NCBI GenBank assembly: GCA_002869265.1 | Contig: PKTH01000040.1 | Coordinates: forward strand, 69,120 to 133,119 | Length of the DNA: 64,000 nucleotides | From: Candidatus Parcubacteria bacterium | GTDB taxonomy: Bacteria; Patescibacteriota; Patescibacteriia; Patescibacteriales; BM507 | Direction: 5' to 3' | In this document: positions 55,193 to 63,410 of the stretch, piece after piece | Position numbering within the stretch: position 1 is the stretch's first letter | Layout of the letters: every line of letters begins with the position of its first letter | Position numbers and translations under genes: made by a program | The notes under the pieces: model-generated | What the model was told of the DNA's origin: nothing | What the model saw: the letters and a program-made list of their open reading frames with translations, nothing else | Databases searched by the model: none

Positions 55193-55794
55193 TTTATTCC
55201 ATCAAGATCCACATCATAAAGCATTGCTTCTGTAATATGTCTGTATTCTAAAATCTCATCGTTATTAAACCAGATTTTTATTTCTTTTTCTGCTTCTTCA
55301 ACTTCCCCTGAAGCGTGAATTAGATTTCTAACAGATCGCTCCCCTTGGTCTGCCATAGCATATGAATCCAGGGTGTAATCACCTCTAATTGTTCCTACAT
55401 CACTAGATAGAGGTTCAGTCCCACCGGTAATCTTTCTTACTAACGGAACAGCTTGATTTCCTTGCCAGATCATAGCAACCACTGGCCCAGCGCTCATGTA
55501 TTTAGCATTTCTCTCAAGAACAGCTACACCACAGTCTCTGTTGGTTGCAAATGGAGATTTCAAACCTTTTTTCTCGTAAGAAGCGTTGGCTTTTCTGCCA
55601 ACTTCTTCTAACCACTCTTCTCCACCGACCATATAATGTTCAGTAGCCTTCTCGGGTGTTGGCATAACCATTTTCATGGCAACTAATTTCAATCCAACTT
55701 GTTCATATCTTTTAACAATCTCACCAATCAAAGTTCTTTGAACTCCATCCGGCTTGATAATGACAAGTGTCCTTTCATTTTTTGGATGACTCAT
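55186..55794 (-). CDS. ndk: Nucleoside diphosphate kinase (long form)
   Basis: TLVIIKPDGVQR, GTIRGDY and NLIHAS (catalytic His region). At 202 aa it carries insertions relative to the ~140-aa canonical form. Confidence 0.8.
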   Translation of the reverse strand: MSHPKNERTLVIIKPDGVQRTLIGEIVKRYEQVGLKLVAMKMVMPTPEKATEHYMVGGEEWLEEVGRKANASYEKKGLKSPFATNRDCGVAVLERNAKYMSAGPVVAMIWQGNQAVPLVRKITGGTEPLSSDVGTIRGDYTLDSYAMADQGERSVRNLIHASGEVEEAEKEIKIWFNNDEILEYRHITEAMLYDVDLDGIKE

Positions 55795-55852
55795 ACAAAA
55801 TAAAATTCTAAGAGAAGCTTAGCCTCAAAACTTAGAATTGCTATAATTAATA

Positions 55853-56230
55853 TTATTTAAATTCTTTTTTCACCTTAGCGAGAACCTCTCCTGGTGTCAA
55901 GCTAGCCTTTACTAGGTAATCTTTTGCTCCCAACTCTTGTCCCTTTTTAACGTCCTCTTCTGTGCCTAGATTTGTTAATAAAAACACCGGTATACTTTTA
56001 GTTTTAGCACTCATCTTGAGTCTTTCCAGAACAGCAAAGCCGTCCAATTGGGGCATTATAATATCTAGAAGTATTAAATCAGGCTTTTTTGACATTGCTA
56101 ATTCAAGTCCATCAGCACCATTATCTGCTGTGATAACTTCAAATTTAGCTGACTCAAACTTAGTCTTATACATTGAGCTAATCATTGTGTCGTCTTCAAC
56201 TAATAATATTGTTTTTTGTCCGTTTGGCAT
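55853..56230 (-). CDS. Stand-alone response-regulator receiver domain (CheY-like)
   Basis: LLVEDD, phospho-acceptor LILLDIIMPQLDG, LTNLG and a conserved Lys (DYLVK). No output domain. Confidence 0.88.
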   Translation of the reverse strand: MPNGQKTILLVEDDTMISSMYKTKFESAKFEVITADNGADGLELAMSKKPDLILLDIIMPQLDGFAVLERLKMSAKTKSIPVFLLTNLGTEEDVKKGQELGAKDYLVKASLTPGEVLAKVKKEFK

Positions 56231-56285
56231 ATTTTTTCGTTAATTCACTCTAATTATAGCAAGAAATATCTTTTTTTCAAGAGAT

Positions 56286-57125
56286 TTAAGGGGTAAATTC
56301 TATCCTTTGGCCATCACTCCGAAAAACAATATCACCGTAAATATCTGTCCTCAATATTTCTGAACCAAGATTGTCTAAAATATTTAAAGTATTTTGACTC
56401 GGATGTAAAAATATATTATCTTCACCAACTGAAATAACTGCATACTCTGGTCCAACGGCCTCTAGGAATCTCTTATCATTCGTTTTTGAGCCATGGTGAG
56501 AGACCTTTAAAACATCAATATCTTTTATTTTATCTTTATCGATTTTTTCCTCTATTTCACTCTCCGCATCCCCCATAAACAAAAATGAATTCTCTCCAAA
56601 AACCAACTTAAGCACCATTGAAGTGTTGTTCAAATCATTTATAACCATTTCTGAGATATCTTCGTTTGGGTATAATATTTCCAATAAAGCATTATCTCCC
56701 AAGGAAATGCTTTGTTCCTTATTTACAATCAGCAAATCAATTTTATCTTGTTTTTTTATTTCATTTAAAAATTCTTCATAAACTTCTGACTGATGATCAG
56801 CTCCGGTGTATAATATTTTATCAACATCATATCTTCTAATAATTTCGACAAGACCTGTTAAATGATCTTCGTGTGGGTGGCTAATAATCAAAAGCTCAAT
56901 GTCTCGATTGAAAACACCAAGTTCGTAACCAAGTCTCTCTAAAACACTGTTGTCCGGACCACCATCTATCAAAATATCTTGACCAAATGGTGTCTGTATT
57001 AAGGCCGAATCCCCTTGGCCAACATCAAAAAACACAACCCTCATCAGATCATCCTCTCTCTCAAAAAATAAAAAAATCGCTATTGCGAAAAAAGCGATCA
57101 AAAATATTGAGAAAATTTTTCTCAT
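56286..57125 (-). CDS. Membrane-anchored MBL-fold hydrolase resembling the ComEC C-terminal domain
   Basis: N-terminal TM, FFDVGQGDSALIQTP..ILIDGG, ISHPHEDH and a downstream SHHGS motif. Confidence 0.75.
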   Translation of the reverse strand: MRKIFSIFLIAFFAIAIFLFFEREDDLMRVVFFDVGQGDSALIQTPFGQDILIDGGPDNSVLERLGYELGVFNRDIELLIISHPHEDHLTGLVEIIRRYDVDKILYTGADHQSEVYEEFLNEIKKQDKIDLLIVNKEQSISLGDNALLEILYPNEDISEMVINDLNNTSMVLKLVFGENSFLFMGDAESEIEEKIDKDKIKDIDVLKVSHHGSKTNDKRFLEAVGPEYAVISVGEDNIFLHPSQNTLNILDNLGSEILRTDIYGDIVFRSDGQRIEFTP

Positions 57126-57126
57126 A

Positions 57127-58812
57127 CTACTTTGCCAGAGTGTGTTTTAACATCATTTGCTCTTTTTGTTCTCGAACTAATCTTTTCATTGTTCGTCTAT
57201 TCCAAACTTCTTCTTTCAGAGTTTTAGCAAGCCAATCTCCTCCGATTAGGTGTGGCATCATGATATAGTCTGCTCCCGCTTCATACATTTCATCCAAAAA
57301 TCTCACATAAGACAAATTTCCTATAATGATAGGATTAGGAAAATTTTCCCTAACATGTTTTATCATTGTTATCTGACAACTAGAGTTTGGCAAAGTCGAG
57401 ACAATCATCTTCACATTTTCTAATGGCAGTTCAGATAAAAGCTCCACATCTGTTGCATCGCCAAAATAGTAGGGAATATTTCTATCTTTTAATTTTTCGA
57501 TAGCCAATGGATCAAAATCAACCACCGCAAAACTTACGCCCATTTCTGCTAGAGCATCAGCCACCTTCCAGCCCAATCTATGATAACCAAAAAGCAAAAC
57601 ATCATACTTTGCATTATCTTCCTCTTTAGTGACATATTTATCTTTACCAAAAAGTTTAAAAAATCCTCCAAACATCTTATATATCTCGCCATTATACATA
57701 ATAAGATAAGAAGAAATAAAAATTGTCACTAGGGCCACAAATGTAAATAATGGTAGAAGGCTTGAGTCAGAAAAACCTTGTTGTTCCACCAGAAAAAGAA
57801 AAACAAATCCAAATTCAGAAACCTGAGCAGCTGTTAAGCCTGCCCGAAAGGAAACTCTTCTAGAAAATTTCATTATTCTATACAAGAGATAAAGAATAAA
57901 TGGATTACCGATCAGAACAAAGATTGAAAGAACTATCCCCGGAATAACCACATCACCAAAACTGGCTATATCCATTTCTGAACCCAAAATAATAAAAAAC
58001 ATCACAATAAAAAAATCTCTTAGGGGTTTTAATCTTGAAATAATCTCAGCACTATAGATGGATGAACCCAGAGCAAGACCAGCAACTATTGCTCCAACTT
58101 CCAATGAAAGACCAGCCAATTCCGCTACGCCAGCCACAGAAAAACACCAAGCAATGGTAAATATCAAAAGAAATTCTCCAGACTTGGCCACTCGATCAAT
58201 CACCAAGAGGATAATCCGAGAAGTTAAATAAATAACCATCAGAAATAAAAGAGATTTTAAAATAACCGTCACCAAGGCAAAGACTACTGAGCCACCCTGC
58301 TTGAAGGCAGGAAGCATAATAAGTAGTAGTATGGCTATAATGTCTTGCACAAGCATCAAGCCAATAGTATATCGACCATAAACAGTTTCTGTCTCCCTCT
58401 TTTCTCCCAAAAGTTTCATTATAATAATTGTCGAAGAAAAGGTTATAGCAATAGCTAAATAAGTTGCAAACTCTTGATCGAAGCCTAGCCAGCTAAGTAT
58501 TAAATACCCGACAAGGGCTGTAAAAAGAATTTGCCCCCCTCCAGTTATAGCAGCTACTCGCCCTATTTTTTTGAGAAAATGAAAATTGAGACCCAAGCCA
58601 ACTAAGAATAAAAGCAGGATAACACCAAATTCAGCAAAAATATGAAAATACTCCTGACTACTATTAACGATATTTAGAAAAACTGGACCAACGATAATGC
58701 CGGTAACAATATAAGAGATAATCAAGGGTTGTTTTAATAGTTGCACCAAAAACGAGACAGCAATAGCTATCCCTAAAATAATACTTGTGTTTAGAAATAT
58801 TGAATCAACCAT
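57127..58812 (-). CDS. Cation:proton antiporter (Kef/CPA2-like) with C-terminal TrkA-N/RCK domain
   Basis: About 12 TM Na_H-exchanger-type helices followed by the Rossmann-like VLLFGYHRLGWKVADAL. Confidence 0.8.
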   Translation of the reverse strand: MVDSIFLNTSIILGIAIAVSFLVQLLKQPLIISYIVTGIIVGPVFLNIVNSSQEYFHIFAEFGVILLLFLVGLGLNFHFLKKIGRVAAITGGGQILFTALVGYLILSWLGFDQEFATYLAIAITFSSTIIIMKLLGEKRETETVYGRYTIGLMLVQDIIAILLLIMLPAFKQGGSVVFALVTVILKSLLFLMVIYLTSRIILLVIDRVAKSGEFLLIFTIAWCFSVAGVAELAGLSLEVGAIVAGLALGSSIYSAEIISRLKPLRDFFIVMFFIILGSEMDIASFGDVVIPGIVLSIFVLIGNPFILYLLYRIMKFSRRVSFRAGLTAAQVSEFGFVFLFLVEQQGFSDSSLLPLFTFVALVTIFISSYLIMYNGEIYKMFGGFFKLFGKDKYVTKEEDNAKYDVLLFGYHRLGWKVADALAEMGVSFAVVDFDPLAIEKLKDRNIPYYFGDATDVELLSELPLENVKMIVSTLPNSSCQITMIKHVRENFPNPIIIGNLSYVRFLDEMYEAGADYIMMPHLIGGDWLAKTLKEEVWNRRTMKRLVREQKEQMMLKHTLAK

Positions 58813-58864
58813 ATTTTATTTTAACAACTATATTATAACACATTTTATTTAAATTAGCATCTCA

Positions 58865-58893
58865 TTGACTGATTTATTTTAAGTTGATATAAA
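58865..58893 (+). promoter_or_regulatory. Sigma70-type promoter TTGACT-17-TATAAA
   Basis: Hexamers at 58865..58870 and 58888..58893. An SD (GAAGGAG) precedes the ATG at 58965. Confidence 0.4.
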
Positions 58894-58964
58894 GAGACAA
58901 AAGCACATTGTAAAATAATATTATTTTTTAAATCCAACATTCAACCCACACCGAAGGAGTAGCC

Positions 58965-59570
58965 ATGACAACAAACGTATCAGAAATTATTGCCCTTCTG
59001 AATGGCAACAAACTCTTGTCAGGAAATATTTTTCAAGACATTTTATCTGCTCTGGCCGAAGGGAGGTTCGGAGAACCAAAAGAGCCTGTTCAGGAGTATG
59101 ACGTCATAATCGATGAAATGAATGCTTTTGAGAAAGCAATAAATTATGTCTTTATGCAAACAGGATTTGAGGCAAATGCTATTTATGACCAGTACATCAA
59201 GCAAGCTGAGGGATCAAATACAGCAATAAGGCTTGAGTTTGAATACTACGCCATACTCAAAAAGCAAGACGCTCTTAATGCCCTCCTCTGGGAAAACATA
59301 AGTAAAAGATTGCCCCAAACAGACCACGAAAAACCATTCATGTATGTTAGGGCAGGCTTTAAAATTGTCGTAAATGACAACGCAGAAGAGCCCCAAGAGA
59401 AAATCCTAGAGGAAGTAAAAAAAGCCCTGGATGATTATGGGGTTCTCGAGGAAGCTAGGGCCGACGGTCTTAATGTTGAAATTGCAGTAGAGGGCCCGAA
59501 CGGCGCTATAGCTACAGACTTGATTGAAAATGAATGCTCAGACCAAGCCCCTAAACGCGTGTTGAATTAA
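58965..59570 (+). CDS. Hypothetical acidic cytoplasmic protein (201 aa)
   Basis: Strong SD and no TM. No motif recognised. Confidence 0.5.
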   Translation: MTTNVSEIIALLNGNKLLSGNIFQDILSALAEGRFGEPKEPVQEYDVIIDEMNAFEKAINYVFMQTGFEANAIYDQYIKQAEGSNTAIRLEFEYYAILKKQDALNALLWENISKRLPQTDHEKPFMYVRAGFKIVVNDNAEEPQEKILEEVKKALDDYGVLEEARADGLNVEIAVEGPNGAIATDLIENECSDQAPKRVLN

Positions 59571-59628
59571 TTTTTTAAAAAAAGGACTACTCTAAAGTAG
59601 TCATTTTCTTTTTTTATATTTCAGAAGT

Positions 59629-61005
59629 CTACAAGTTCTCTTCAAAATATTTATCCATTTCTTCTAATTTGATAGTTTCTTGTTTCATGGTATCTCTATC
59701 ACGAACTGTTACCGTTCCTTTTTCTAGAGTGTCGAAATCGACAGTCAAACAATACGGAGTTCCTATTTCGTCTTGTCTTCTATAACGTTTACCAACATTG
59801 CCATTGTCGTCAAATTCGCATGTATATTTCTGACTCAAATTTGTGAACACCTCTTTTGCTTTTTCAACTAGGTCGGGCTTGTTTTTAAGAAGAGGGAAAA
59901 CAGCTATTTTCACTGGAGCAATTTCCTTCGGGAATTTCATAACTACTCGAGTCTCCCCACCCTCTAATTCTTCTTCGGTGTAGGCAGCTACTAGGGAAAC
60001 CAGTATTGCTCTATCTAAACCAAAGGTTGGTTCTAAAACATGAGGCACATACCTTCTGTTATTCGGGGCGTCAAAGTATTCTAGCTTTTCGTTTGAATAT
60101 TCAGAATGCTGTGTTAGGTCAAAGTTCCCCCTGTGAGCAAGACCTGAAACTTCTCCCCAGCCAAATGAAAAATTGTATTCAAAGTCGATAGTCTTTTTGG
60201 AATAGTGCGACAGCTTCTCTTTTGGATGCTCGTATTGTCTTAGATCTCTATCGTCTGCTCCCAGTCTATTATAAAATTCCTTTTGTTTAGAGAGCCAGTC
60301 TTCAAATAATGGCTCCCAATCAATTTCCGGATCAATAAAGTACTCTATCTCCATTTGCTCAAATTCACGTATTCGAAATGTAAAGTTACGAGCAACTATT
60401 TCATTACGAAAAGCTTTACCAATTTGCGCTACCCCAAAAGGCACTTTCACTCGAAGTGAATCAGTGATATTTTTGAAGTCCATAAAGATGGCTCCTGCGG
60501 TCTCGGGACGCAGATAAACTGGGCCTTCATAGGCATTCATCTCTGTTTTAAACATCATGCTAATGTGTCTAGCTTCTGTCCAATTAGATTTCTTACATTC
60601 TGGACATTTCATTTTAGGATCTTGTAAAACCTTTGTCATTCCCTCCAGGTCCCCTTCCATGTCTTTACCTGTTAAATCCATAACAAGATGATCTGCTCTA
60701 AATCTTTTTTTACACTCCTTACAATCAACCAAAGCATCGTTAAATCCACTAGTATGACCTGAAGCCTCCCAAAGCTTTGGGTGTAAAAGTATTGGACCAT
60801 CCATACCAACTATATCTGGTCTAGATGAAACAAACATTTTCCACCACATGTTTTTTATATTGTTTTTAATCTCCGCTCCATATGGTCCATAAGAATAAGA
60901 GTTCGCAAATCCTCCATAAATTTCTGAACTAGGATAAATAAAACCTTTTCGTTTAGAATAGGCGGAGATTATCTCCATTGGTACTTGTTTTTTTTCATTT
61001 TCCAT
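59629..61005 (-). CDS. glyQS: Glycine--tRNA ligase (alpha2 GlyQS type)
   Basis: RKGFIYPSSEIYGG, RPETAGAIF, FRNEI and GLDR class II motifs, plus a C-terminal anticodon-binding domain. I prefer the start at 61005 (MENEKKQVPMEII) because the ORF-track start at 61056 overlaps the upstream small ORF. Confidence 0.9.
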   Translation of the reverse strand: MENEKKQVPMEIISAYSKRKGFIYPSSEIYGGFANSYSYGPYGAEIKNNIKNMWWKMFVSSRPDIVGMDGPILLHPKLWEASGHTSGFNDALVDCKECKKRFRADHLVMDLTGKDMEGDLEGMTKVLQDPKMKCPECKKSNWTEARHISMMFKTEMNAYEGPVYLRPETAGAIFMDFKNITDSLRVKVPFGVAQIGKAFRNEIVARNFTFRIREFEQMEIEYFIDPEIDWEPLFEDWLSKQKEFYNRLGADDRDLRQYEHPKEKLSHYSKKTIDFEYNFSFGWGEVSGLAHRGNFDLTQHSEYSNEKLEYFDAPNNRRYVPHVLEPTFGLDRAILVSLVAAYTEEELEGGETRVVMKFPKEIAPVKIAVFPLLKNKPDLVEKAKEVFTNLSQKYTCEFDDNGNVGKRYRRQDEIGTPYCLTVDFDTLEKGTVTVRDRDTMKQETIKLEEMDKYFEENL

Positions 61006-61028
61006 ATTTTTATATAATTTATTATAAT

Positions 61029-61199
61029 TTACATTCTTCCCATCCCCATTGGCCAAAGTCCAAAGATTAGATACAAAACGCCTCCAATAGCAAAACCTGC
61101 CACTAAGAGTGCAAGAATATGGCCGAAATACTTAAATATGAACACAACCTGATTGCTATCATCCATTTCCTCTTGATTGTATTTTTCTTCTTCACTCAT
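61029..61199 (-). CDS. Small membrane protein (56 aa)
   Basis: Below the ORF-track cut-off. MSEEEKYNQEEMDDSNQVVFIFKYFGHILALLVAGFAIGGVLYLIFGLWPMGMGRM. Its start lies 9 nt after the upstream stop. Confidence 0.4.
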   Translation of the reverse strand: MSEEEKYNQEEMDDSNQVVFIFKYFGHILALLVAGFAIGGVLYLIFGLWPMGMGRM

Positions 61200-61208
61200 A
61201 TATTTATA

Positions 61209-61844
61209 TTAATTATTATTTTTCACTTCTCTGTTTTGCTTCATTTTGCTAATAAAATAATTTATGTATATAACAAAAGAAGACGGCACTAAAAAATAAC
61301 TGATTTTATCATTGTTCGCAATATCTTCTATGGAATTAATAAACTTATATACAAAAGCCGATCCAATAATTAAACAAAAAACCACAAAGGTTTTTTTAAA
61401 ACGATCAGGAATATGTTCTTTTGTTTTTATAAAAAACCAGAACAAAAATGACAATAAAAGAACTGCTAAGATAAACACTGACATTACTCCAGCAAATGAT
61501 TCATTAACCATCTCACTGGAATCACTAATAATAAATCCCTTAAAAAAGTTTTCTGAAATAACTGAAATAAGAAATACTATAAACCCGCTCCAAACTAAAA
61601 TATTAAAAATTTCACTATCTTTTCCATTCATCTTAAGTCTTATAATCGCAAAAACAAGAAGAGATACACAAACAAAGCCCATGAAAGCACTTGAATAGAT
61701 ATTTTTTTCATTTATTATCTCGAAGGCAAGTCCTGTCAAAAAAAACATCAAATAGAATCCGCTAAGAGCATAGGCAGGCATCATTGAAAGATAGCTCCAA
61801 ACATTTGAAAAGTTTATTGTATTTTTAACCTTAGGTTTTTCCAT
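61209..61844 (-). CDS. Polytopic membrane protein of unknown family (211 aa), first gene after the T-box leader
   Basis: About 6 hydrophobic helices. No family motif recognised. Confidence 0.55.
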   Translation of the reverse strand: MEKPKVKNTINFSNVWSYLSMMPAYALSGFYLMFFLTGLAFEIINEKNIYSSAFMGFVCVSLLVFAIIRLKMNGKDSEIFNILVWSGFIVFLISVISENFFKGFIISDSSEMVNESFAGVMSVFILAVLLLSFLFWFFIKTKEHIPDRFKKTFVVFCLIIGSAFVYKFINSIEDIANNDKISYFLVPSSFVIYINYFISKMKQNREVKNNN

Positions 61845-61856
61845 ATTTTTATTATA

Positions 61857-62024
61857 ATTAAAAAATCTCGTTCCTATAATCCAAAATTAATTGAATTACT
61901 AGAACGAGATTTCCCGCGGTTCCATCTAGTTTTCCCATTACTGGGACGCCTTGATTTATGTAACTTATCTCTTTTGAGAACAGGGTGCCAATCTCCCCGC
62001 GTAGCTACAAATTAAATTTTCAAT
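61857..62024 (-). promoter_or_regulatory. T-box riboswitch leader (Gly-type) with terminator/antiterminator
   Basis: The minus strand contains AGAUGGAACCGCG (T-box core). Antiterminator: CUAGA (61929..61925), 7-nt bulge UGGAACC (61924..61918), GCGGG-AAAU-CUCGU, then UCUAG (61903..61899). The competing terminator pairs AAAUCUCGUUC (61912..61902) with GAACGAGAUUU (61873..61863), followed by a U-run. A Stem III-like CCCA-GUAA-UGGG hairpin is present, and there are GGC triplets at 61989..61987 and 61950..61948. Confidence 0.7.
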
Positions 62025-62030
62025 ATCTTC

Positions 62031-62058
62031 ATTATACTTTTTTTTGTGCTTTTGTCAA
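62031..62058 (-). promoter_or_regulatory. Near-consensus sigma70 promoter TTGACA-16-TATAAT
   Basis: On the minus strand, TTGACA is at 62058..62053 and TATAAT at 62036..62031, directly upstream of the T-box leader. Confidence 0.6.
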
Positions 62059-62059
62059 C

Positions 62060-62410
62060 TTATGAATATGTTTCATGAACCTTTTCAAGCTCTTGCTCCC
62101 AGTATTCTTTTTTTTCTGCCTCCAGGGCATCTTCTTTGAGCGCCTTATATTGTGTTGCAACTCTAAAAAATTCTTCTCCAGGAATCTGAGTATCATTCTT
62201 TACTACCAGAGCTGTTATCATTATTCCTCTCTCTAAAACACTTACCTCATTTACTTCCCTTAATATTTCTGAACCACGTTTTCGCTCGCCTGCATTCTTC
62301 ATATCAACCCCAATCTGATCATATAATTCACCATAAGTTATAATAGCTTCTCTTTTTGCTACTTTTTTTAATATCTCATAGGTTTTTTCAACCACTTTGC
62401 TTATTTGCAT
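62060..62410 (-). CDS. Hypothetical protein (116 aa)
   Basis: The ORF has plausible codon usage. No confident family call. Confidence 0.45.
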   Translation of the reverse strand: MQISKVVEKTYEILKKVAKREAIITYGELYDQIGVDMKNAGERKRGSEILREVNEVSVLERGIMITALVVKNDTQIPGEEFFRVATQYKALKEDALEAEKKEYWEQELEKVHETYS

Positions 62411-62425
62411 ATTAATAATCTTTAA

Positions 62426-62659
62426 TTACTTTCTATCCCTAAAAGTCCAATAATACAATTTCTCAACTTTTTCTCTGGCCCAAGGGGTTCTACGTAAAAA
62501 CTTTAAGCTAGATTTAATACTTGGATTTTCTTTGAAACAATTTATTTTTACTTGCTCATAGAGTCTTTCCCAGCCATATTTCTCAAACAACTCCCCTATA
62601 ATCATCTGAAGAGTCACTCCGTGCTGAGGATTATTTTTATCTGTTGTTTTTTCCACCAT
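62426..62659 (-). CDS. VF530/DUF2132-like small protein
   Basis: [21 protein letters not shown]...[23 protein letters not shown] matches my memory of the DUF2132 family consensus. Confidence 0.6.
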   Translation of the reverse strand: MVEKTTDKNNPQHGVTLQMIIGELFEKYGWERLYEQVKINCFKENPSIKSSLKFLRRTPWAREKVEKLYYWTFRDRK

Positions 62660-62674
62660 TTTTTTATCTAAACT

Positions 62675-62713
62675 AAATGTCTATACATATGTCTATACAT
62701 ATGTATAGACATT
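62675..62713. repeat. Tandem-plus-inverted 12-mer element
   Basis: AAATGTCTATACAT ATGTCTATACAT ATGTATAGACATTT. This is two direct copies of ATGTCTATACAT followed by its inverted copy, then a T-run. Confidence 0.7.
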
Positions 62714-62850
62714 TTTTTCATCTTACTTTCTTTTAGCTTATCTCTAATAAAAAACCATGTCAAACTAATATAATTGACAAGAAAGGTTTTTGTTGATATA
62801 AAAACATATTGCTCTTTCAAAAAATATTTGCCCTTCAAAAGGAGGCGATT

Positions 62851-63315
62851 ATGCCAAAAGAAATATTAGTCAAAAGATACATTGAACAGATTAAGGATGG
62901 TCTTCACTACAGAGGAAAGTTAACTTTAGGAGGTATAGTTCTAGAATATGAAATTATCTTTACAGTTCATATTAAAAACACAGGGTACTCCACCTCCGCA
63001 AAAGACCCGTCTGCAATACGTGAAAGATACCCAATAAGCATTAAACGTAATGGTTCAAAAATTGAACTAAACGATAATGAACTTTTTGTCTTTTTCTACC
63101 TAATTGTCTTTTTTGCAGTTGAATTTTACTGCAGCCCAGAAGTTGTCGAGCTTAATGCCAGCAATATTGAAGACAAACTGAAGGTAGATCCAAAAACAGT
63201 TAATCTGGTAAACTCTACTCTTATTTGCTGCGAAGATGAAACAACACTTTCTGTATCGACGCAGGTTTTCAAAATCCTCCAAAATCCCAAATTTGGTTTT
63301 ATTTTCTCAAATTAA
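62851..63315 (+). CDS. Hypothetical protein (154 aa)
   Basis: ATG at 62851 preceded by AAAAGGAGGCGATT. A terminator-like hairpin GCGACTAC-TAAA-GTGGTCGC follows. Confidence 0.5.
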   Translation: MPKEILVKRYIEQIKDGLHYRGKLTLGGIVLEYEIIFTVHIKNTGYSTSAKDPSAIRERYPISIKRNGSKIELNDNELFVFFYLIVFFAVEFYCSPEVVELNASNIEDKLKVDPKTVNLVNSTLICCEDETTLSVSTQVFKILQNPKFGFIFSN

Positions 63316-63373
63316 GTTCAAAGTAAGCGACTACTAAAGTGGTCGCTTTTTATTTTCCTTAATATTAAAAAAA

Positions 63374-63382
63374 TGGTATAAT
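63374..63382 (+). promoter_or_regulatory. Extended -10 element TGgTATAAT
   Basis: TGGTATAAT lies about 30 nt upstream of the ATG at 63411. Confidence 0.45.
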
Positions 63383-63410
63383 GTATTTATTCAAATTCTT
63401 AATAAAAAAC

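Noticed and set aside
61006-61056. Longer glyQS start (MANGDGKNVNYNKLYKN...)
   Set aside because: The extension overlaps the 56-aa ORF's 3' end in another frame and adds residues not seen at GlyRS N-termini. The ATG at 61005 gives the usual spacing to the RKGFIYPSSEIYGG block.
61857-62024. Leader as a yybP-ykoY (Mn2+) or c-di-AMP riboswitch because of GGGGAG and ACAUA strings ahead of a membrane protein
   Set aside because: The resemblance is limited to short strings. The T-box core, the 7-nt UGGAACC bulge flanked by CUAGA/UCUAG, the overlapping terminator and the downstream glyQS fit a T-box much better.
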